Source: Rebecca billardiae RCC1528
Lineage: Eukaryota > Protista > Haptophyta
Direction of reading: 5' to 3'
NCBI GenBank assembly: GCA_965240325.2
Contig: OZ251223.1
Location: 4,402,001 to 4,466,000, forward strand
DNA length: 64,000 nt
Positions within the stretch are counted from its first letter, which is position 1. Every line of letters starts with the position of its first letter. A program made the position numbers and the translations under genes. Below, in pieces: positions 57,882-64,000 of the stretch. The notes beneath the pieces were generated by a model. The model saw only the letters and a list, made by a program, of their open reading frames with translations. It ran no database searches and was not told the DNA's origin.

Positions 57882-60810
57882 TCACGCGGGCAGCCTCCGG
57901 AAGTGCACGACGATCTCGTGCTGCCCGCTCCTCGCATCGAATGGCTCCTCCGCGCCCGCCGCCCCGCCGGCGTCTCCTTCCCTCTGCACGAGCTCGAGCT
58001 CGAGCACGCCGGTGGCGCTGTCGTAGGTGTGCGCCACCTGCGCGCCGTCCACCACCACGGACGAGGGCGCGCGCGCGGCGTACAGGCCGAAGGTGCCGCG
58101 GCCGATGGCGCGCACCGTCGCGCAGCCCGGCGAGGCGTGCACGTCGACGATGGCGCCGCCGCCGTTCATCATCCCGAGCAGCCCGAGCGCCGCCCAGCGC
58201 GTGCCCGCCGCCCCTCCGCCCTCCTCGGCCACCGAGTGCTGCAGTGGGCAGACGGTGAAGACCTCCCACTCGTTCGAGCCGAGCTGCCCCGCGGCGTGCG
58301 CGTCCGCCGCGCCGAGCGGGCCGATCAGCTCGCCCGTCGTGTACCGCCAGAGCACGTACCCGTCCGAGCCCCCCGCGCCGCCCGGCTGGAAGCGCGGCTC
58401 CGCGCAGTCGCTCGGCCGCAGGCTGAGCTGCACGGCTGGCGGCGCGGGCAGCGCGACAAACCGCCGCAGCCGCCGGCTCCACTCGGAGCCCTGCACGTTG
58501 AACGCGCCGATGAGGCCGGTGTGCGCGTTGGCGTTCCAGATCTTGAGCGCGCTGTGCCCGTCGCGCGACACGTCCTCGAAGAGGCAGTCGAGCGTCGGCC
58601 TGCGGCACGGACAGAGCGCGGGGCGCGGGACGCGGTGCGCGCGCGTGTGAGCGCGCGAGCGCGCGCGCGCGCCCGGCCGCGCCGCCGCGGGGGCGGCGCT
58701 CGCGCGCGCGCGCGCACCGGCCGGCGTGCGTCGCGCGCAGCGTGCGGCCGTCCGGCAGCACGAGCTGGCGCAGCAGCCCAAAGTCGTGCGCGCCCGGGTG
58801 GTCGCTCACGTAGATGGCGCCGCCGCCGACCGCGCGCGCGGCCGCGTGCAGCGACGCGGACGGCAGCGCCGACTGGAACATGTCCCAGTCACACGCGCCG
58901 ATCTCGCCGAGGAAGACGGAGTTGTACGAGACGGTGGCGATGTGCGCGGCGTGCGACGCGTCGTCGCGCGGGTAGAAGTCGTCCCCCGCGCGCAGCACCG
59001 CCGTCTCCCGGAACGAGAGCAGGTTCTCCGACGAGTGGCACATGCAGTTGATGCACTCGCGCGCGGAGGCGGGCCCGCGCGAGAGGTGGCGGCCGACCGA
59101 CGCCTCCATCGCGTGCACGGCGGCCTGGACGTAGCGCGGCGCGCCGATGCCGAAGCCCGCGCCGAAGGGCGAGATGCCCGACTGCGCGTCCACCTTCACC
59201 CCGTCCACGCCCGCCTCCTCCAGGTACGCGTGCAGCGCGCCGTAGAACGTGCCGAACTGCGCTGGGCCGATCGCGCCCACGCCGTGGAAGGACGCCGCGT
59301 CCCACGCGACCGCGGGCTCGACCATCAGCAGGTCCATCGCGGGCTGCGGGAAGCGCCACTCGGGCTTGAGCAGCTCGCGCATCTCCTGCGAGACGGGCGA
59401 GACCCCCGACCAGTACCCCGCGAGCGCGTGCCAGCAGTACACGCGCCGCACGCCCAGCTCGGCGCGCAGCTGTGACACGAGCGCGCGCAGGGAGCGCCCC
59501 TCGCCCAGCTCCGACTCGAACTTGGCGTTGGCGCGCACCGAGACGAGGCTCTTGGAGAAGTCGGTGTGCTCGTCGAAGAAGCGGATCAGGTTGCGCCGCA
59601 GCGGCCCCTGCGAGAGCCAGCGCCACAGCCGCGAGCGCTGCGAGTGGAACGGCGCGGGCTCCACCAGCCGCTGGTACGCCCAGCTCACCAGCCGCACCGC
59701 GAGGTTGATCGCCGAGGGAGCGGGCTGCGCGAGCGCGGCGGGCGAGGCGCGCTCGGCGTCGGCGTCCTCGAAGGCGACGCCCTGCCGGTTGGCCTCGCCC
59801 GCGTCCACCGTCTGCCACCCGTCGTCCACGATCACGAAGCGCGGCGGCGCGCCCCCCTCCCGCAGCGTGCGCACCCCCCTGAGGATGCCGCTCGGCTCCA
59901 CGCCCGAGTAGAAGGCGTCCCACGTGCACCAGCCGAACATGTCGAGGTGGTCGGGCAGGGGCTTGGCGCCGCGCACGCGGAAGGTGCCGAGGTGCTCGGA
60001 CGCCGCGGCGAACGCGCGGCGCAGCGTCGCGTACGGCTCGGCCCCCACCGCCACCACCGCCGCCGAGCCCACCCGGCGCGCGCACACGTCCTTGTCGCCC
60101 GAGTCGGTGCGCAGCAACAGCTCGTTGCTCAAAATGTTGCCGCAGAGGGTGGTGCGGAAGGCGCCGTCGATGAGCGGGATGATCACGGCGTACAGCGGCT
60201 CCGCGCCGCCCCCGCCCGCCCCCCCGCCGCGCCGCGCGCCCTCCGCCGCCGGGCAGCGGGCGAGCAGGAACTGCGTCTCGATCGGCACGCGCCCGCCCCT
60301 GCGGCACACCAGCGGGCCCATCCACCAGCGCTTCACGCGCGAGGCGGCGAGGAAGCGGTCGGCGTTGAGCCAGCCGAGCGTGTGCGTCGACTGCGACTTG
60401 GCCGGCGCGTCGCGCCCCTCCTTCCACCCGAGCACCACCGCGCCGTGCGTCGCGCCCGCGCTCGTGACGTCGTCGCCGAGCCGGTCGATCAGCACGCGGC
60501 CGCACGAGGACACGAGCGCGCCGTCGTCGCGCACGCGCAGGCCGAGCTCGGCCGGGTCGGCGTCGGTGGCGGGCGGGGGGTCGGACGGGTGCGCGGGCGC
60601 CGGCGCCGCGCGCTGCTGCCGCTGCGACGAGGACGGAGCCGCGCGCGAGGCGAGCGGCGTGGACGAGGGCGAGCGAGACACCGCCGACACGCGCCGCGCG
60701 GCGCGCGCGGTGACGGCGACGCGCGGGCTGATGGCGGCGGGGCGAGCGTAGCCCGCCGCGGGGACGAGCAGCGCGAGGGCCCCGAGCGTGACCGCGAGCG
60801 TGACGCGCAT
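57882..60810 (-). CDS. GH36 raffinose synthase / seed-imbibition (Sip1, alkaline alpha-galactosidase) family protein; exons 60810-58718, 58599-57882
   Basis: Motifs KRWWMGP, FGWCTWDAFY, FVIVDDGWQ, VYCWHALAGYWSGV, GVDGVKVDAQ, INCMCHS, RAGDDFYP, DWDMFQS and GGAIYVSDHPG. GR/PTLDCLF is joined across intron 58717-58600. N-terminal signal peptide. Confidence 0.94.
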
Positions 60811-61165
60811 GCCGGCCGTGACCGTCCAACACGTCGCGCGGAGCGGCACCAAATTGCGGGACGACGCCGGATGCGCGACGTGCGCCACCAGCAGTCCAGC
60901 AGCGCCCTTCGTTCGGTTCCGCTCCGTCAAGCGCAACGTTTGCGATTCGTCAGGCTGGGGCGCGAAGAACATGCGTCAGTACGCGCGAATACGACCGAGC
61001 GGCATCTATGACCGGCGCGACTACCGCGCGAGGAATCTGGAGGCCCGAGCGGGGCGACCTCGCGAAGGCAGCCCAAAGTTGAGAAGTTGAAAACGACGCG
61101 AGAGAACCGTGAGCCGCCGCGCCCGCCGCCGCCGGCAGGCGCAGGCGGCGCAGCGCGCGTTAAAA

Positions 61166-62744
61166 GGTTGTCGTCTGGGAATCCGGGACGCCGCCCACCA
61201 AACCGTTCAAACAGCATGGCGCCGCCGCCCGGCGCACGCGCAAGGACGCGCCGAAGGAGGACCTGGGCGTGATATGCCGCGATCTCGCGCGCGAGGCGGT
61301 GCGCGTGAGGACCATGCACACCCGAAGAGACCTCACAGACGCGCGCGACATGGACAACGACCAGCGCAAGGTGTCTGAGTCGATGGCCGAGGCCGAGAAG
61401 TGCCGGCACGCCGTCAACGGCGACGACAAGTGGATCAAGCAGGCGAACACCACCGTCAAGCACGAGCGAGAGGTCATTCGGGATGGCGGCAAGCTCCGTA
61501 CGGCGTATCTCGAAGGCGCCGCCGCACTCATCGCGCGCTGTGCTAAGTGCAGCCGCATGGCTGAGGCTCCCGAGGGGCTGCGCTCGCTTGCGTCGTCCCA
61601 CGACGGAGGGCACAACATCGATACGGGCGGGCTCAACACCGCCAACCGCCCGTCGGGGCAGGCCGACGAGACCCATAAGCACGTGGTGTACTCATCGGAT
61701 GCGCTCGGCGCACTCTCAGGCCGTGTTGGGCGCCCACGCGCGCGCGCGTGCTGCCACGAGCACCACGACAAGCCTACACGTGCACTCGGCGGCCTGCGCG
61801 CGAGCCCTGGTGCGCCAAATCCTATAGTCGGATTGCCTCAGGATCGTGCTCGCCGTGGAGTTTTGTAACGAAATCCGGGCTCGCGCGGGCTCCGGCCGCA
61901 ATCCATCGACAAAATTCGGAATTATTCCACGAAAATGCCAGATTTGGCCAAAATATCATAATCAAAACGTATTTAGGGACAATATTCCGAATTTTGTCGA
62001 TGGATTGCGGCCGGAGCCCGCGCGAGCCCGGATTTCGTTACAAAACTCCACGGCGAGCACGATCCTGAGGCAATCCGACTATAGGATTTGGCGCACCAGG
62101 GCTCGCGCGCAGGCCGCCGAGTGCACGTGTCGTGTAGGCTTGTCGTGGTGCTCGTGGCAGCACGCGCGCGCGCGTGGGCGCCCAACACGGCCTGAGAGTG
62201 CGCCGAGCGCATCCGATGAGTACACCGCGTGCTTATGGGTCTCGTCGGCCTGCCCCGACGGGCGGTTGGCGGTGTTGAGCCCGCCCGTATCGATGTTGTG
62301 CCCTCCGTCGTGGGACGACGCAAGCGAGCGCAGCCCCTCGGGAGCCTCAGCCATGCGGCTGCACTTAGCACAGCGCGCGATGAGTGCGGCGGCGCCTTCG
62401 AGATACGCCGTACGGAGCTTGCCGCCATCCCGGATGACCTCTCGCTCGTGCTTGACGGTGGTGTTCGCCTGCTTGATCCACTTGTCGTCGCCGTTGACGG
62501 CGTGCCGGCACTTCTCGGCCTCGGCCATCGACTCAGACACCTTGCGCTGGTCGTTGTCCATGTCGCGCGCGTCTGTGAGGTCTCTTCGGGTGCGCATGGT
62601 CCTCACGCGCACCGCCTCGCGCGCGAGATCGCGGCATATCACGCCCAGGTCCTCCTTCGGCGCGTCCTTGCGCGTGCGCCGGGCGGCGGCGCCATGCTGT
62701 TTGAACGGTTTGGTGGGCGGCGTCCGGATTCCCAGACGACAACC
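61166..62744. mobile_element. Near-perfect giant palindrome: ~760-bp inverted arms with ~60-bp AT-rich spacer, flanked by TTAAAA direct repeat
   Basis: TTAAAA|GGTTGTCGTCTGGG ... CCCAGACGACAACC|TTAAAA. Arms are 61166-~61922 and ~61984-62744. ORFs 61269-61868(+) and 62079-62642(-) are near-identical. Confidence 0.9.
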
Positions 62745-64000
62745 TTAAAATCGGTCCAGGACCGCCGCCCCACCCGCACCAGCCGCCGACGCCCACATCC
62801 CACGCCGCCGCCAAGAGCGCGGCGGCTGCGGGCACGCCTCCCCGGGCTCCCACGCTCCGCCACACATCGTCAGGTGGCGGCCTGCCGCTTGGACTCGTGA
62901 TCGGAGTGGGCTTGGGGTGAGCGCGTCGACTATGACGTGGACGTGGTAGCTCACGACGTAAGCTCGACCGCGTGCTCACGCTGGCCTACGTCGCACAGAC
63001 GGTGCGAAGAGGCTGCTGTGGACGGCGGCTGCCGGAGTCTGCGTGCTCGGCCGCAGCACCCCGTGCGCGCAGGTGATCTGCGAGGTGGGCACAGCGGCGA
63101 GCGCATCAACTGCGTGGCGCGCGAGCCCGATGAGCTCAAGAGCTCATCCAACCACGGCTCATGTCAAGACCAAAGCCGCTGCGCGGAGCCTCGGCGCAGC
63201 ATGCCGCCTTGCCGTCTGCGCGACGCCATGTGCGACTGCGCAACCTTGAACAGGCTGGCCGCCCGCCTGCAGCGGCTTTAGTGACGTGGTGGCGGGATCA
63301 TCCGTAATGCTCCGGCCCGTGTGTAGTCAGGCACATTATGCCCTGGCACCGGCAGCGGCACCGGCGGGGCGGACGGCGGTGGCCGCCTTGGCGCCTTCGT
63401 GACAGTGAGCGCGGGACTGAATGATGGCCACTGGAGTGACTAGACCCACGTGCCTGCCTTGCCCGACACCTCGTCGCGCGCTCGCGTGACTAACGCTCAA
63501 GTGGTGCATGCGCCGTATGGCATACGCCTCAGCGCCTGTCCACCACGGCGACGTGTTCCATGCCACCAGCCTAGCGTCCCCATCGGGCTTGCTTCGTGCA
63601 TGCACGCATCCGGCCAATCGACAGGCGGCGGCGGCGCGTTCCAGAGCATGCGCTGATGAGTGTTGATCCGTGACCTGCGCACTATCTGCGGACCGCTCGC
63701 TCCGGCAGCAGACTGTGCGCACGGACGAGGCCGAAGCCCTGCGGGCGCTAGAACGTGCCTTGCGCATGTCGACTACTCCGTACTCGCGCATTGGCGCCTG
63801 CCCAGCTGTTGGCGTAGTGCGCGGCGATCATCGCGCCGTCAGCCTCCCCGCCAGCCACGGCCACGAGCGGAAAGCCGAAAGCGCCGCCATCTTGGCCGTC
63901 GTTGGGACTTGGGAACTTGGGCGACAGTCTTGTCTCACACTGCAAGACTTGTCTCGCCTCGAGTGTCGAGTCCCGGTCCGACTCCAGAAGTCCAGAGATG

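Noticed and set aside
62751-64000. Coding-like fragments on both strands (EWAWGERVDYDVDV, GAFGFPLVAVAGG)
   Set aside because: Fragmented across frames with no identifiable family; cannot be called.

Overview
Very GC-rich eukaryotic genomic DNA with short, (GC)n-rich GT-AG introns, GC3-biased genes and (TA)n islands. A haptophyte-like alga such as a Pavlovophyceae member is my inference only. Host genes: a 2OG-Fe(II) oxygenase, a small 2-TM Cys-loop protein, an intronless 5123-aa polycystin-1-like receptor with a ~2,450-aa Ser-Pro stalk, tRNA-Gln(CTG), NatB auxiliary subunit NAA25, DXO/Rai1, a bacterial-looking membrane-anchored protein, F-box/LRR proteins, intron-containing mannonate dehydratase uxuA and a GH36 raffinose-synthase/Sip1 protein. 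The intergenic space is mostly mobile DNA. It holds four unrelated long fold-back elements, each just upstream of a host start codon, a triple nest (TA-flanked MITE > 7-bp-TSD TIR element > young Copia LTR retrotransposon), a CACAG-ended EnSpm/CACTA-like element in a (TA)n tract, and a (TA)n-tailed short repeat. The most unusual signals are: (1) a strongly insertion-biased micro-duplication process, seen by aligning repeat copies and even the two otherwise identical LTRs; (2) the giant GPS/REJ receptor with IQ and EF-hand motifs and no channel domain; (3) the promoter-proximal fold-back elements.
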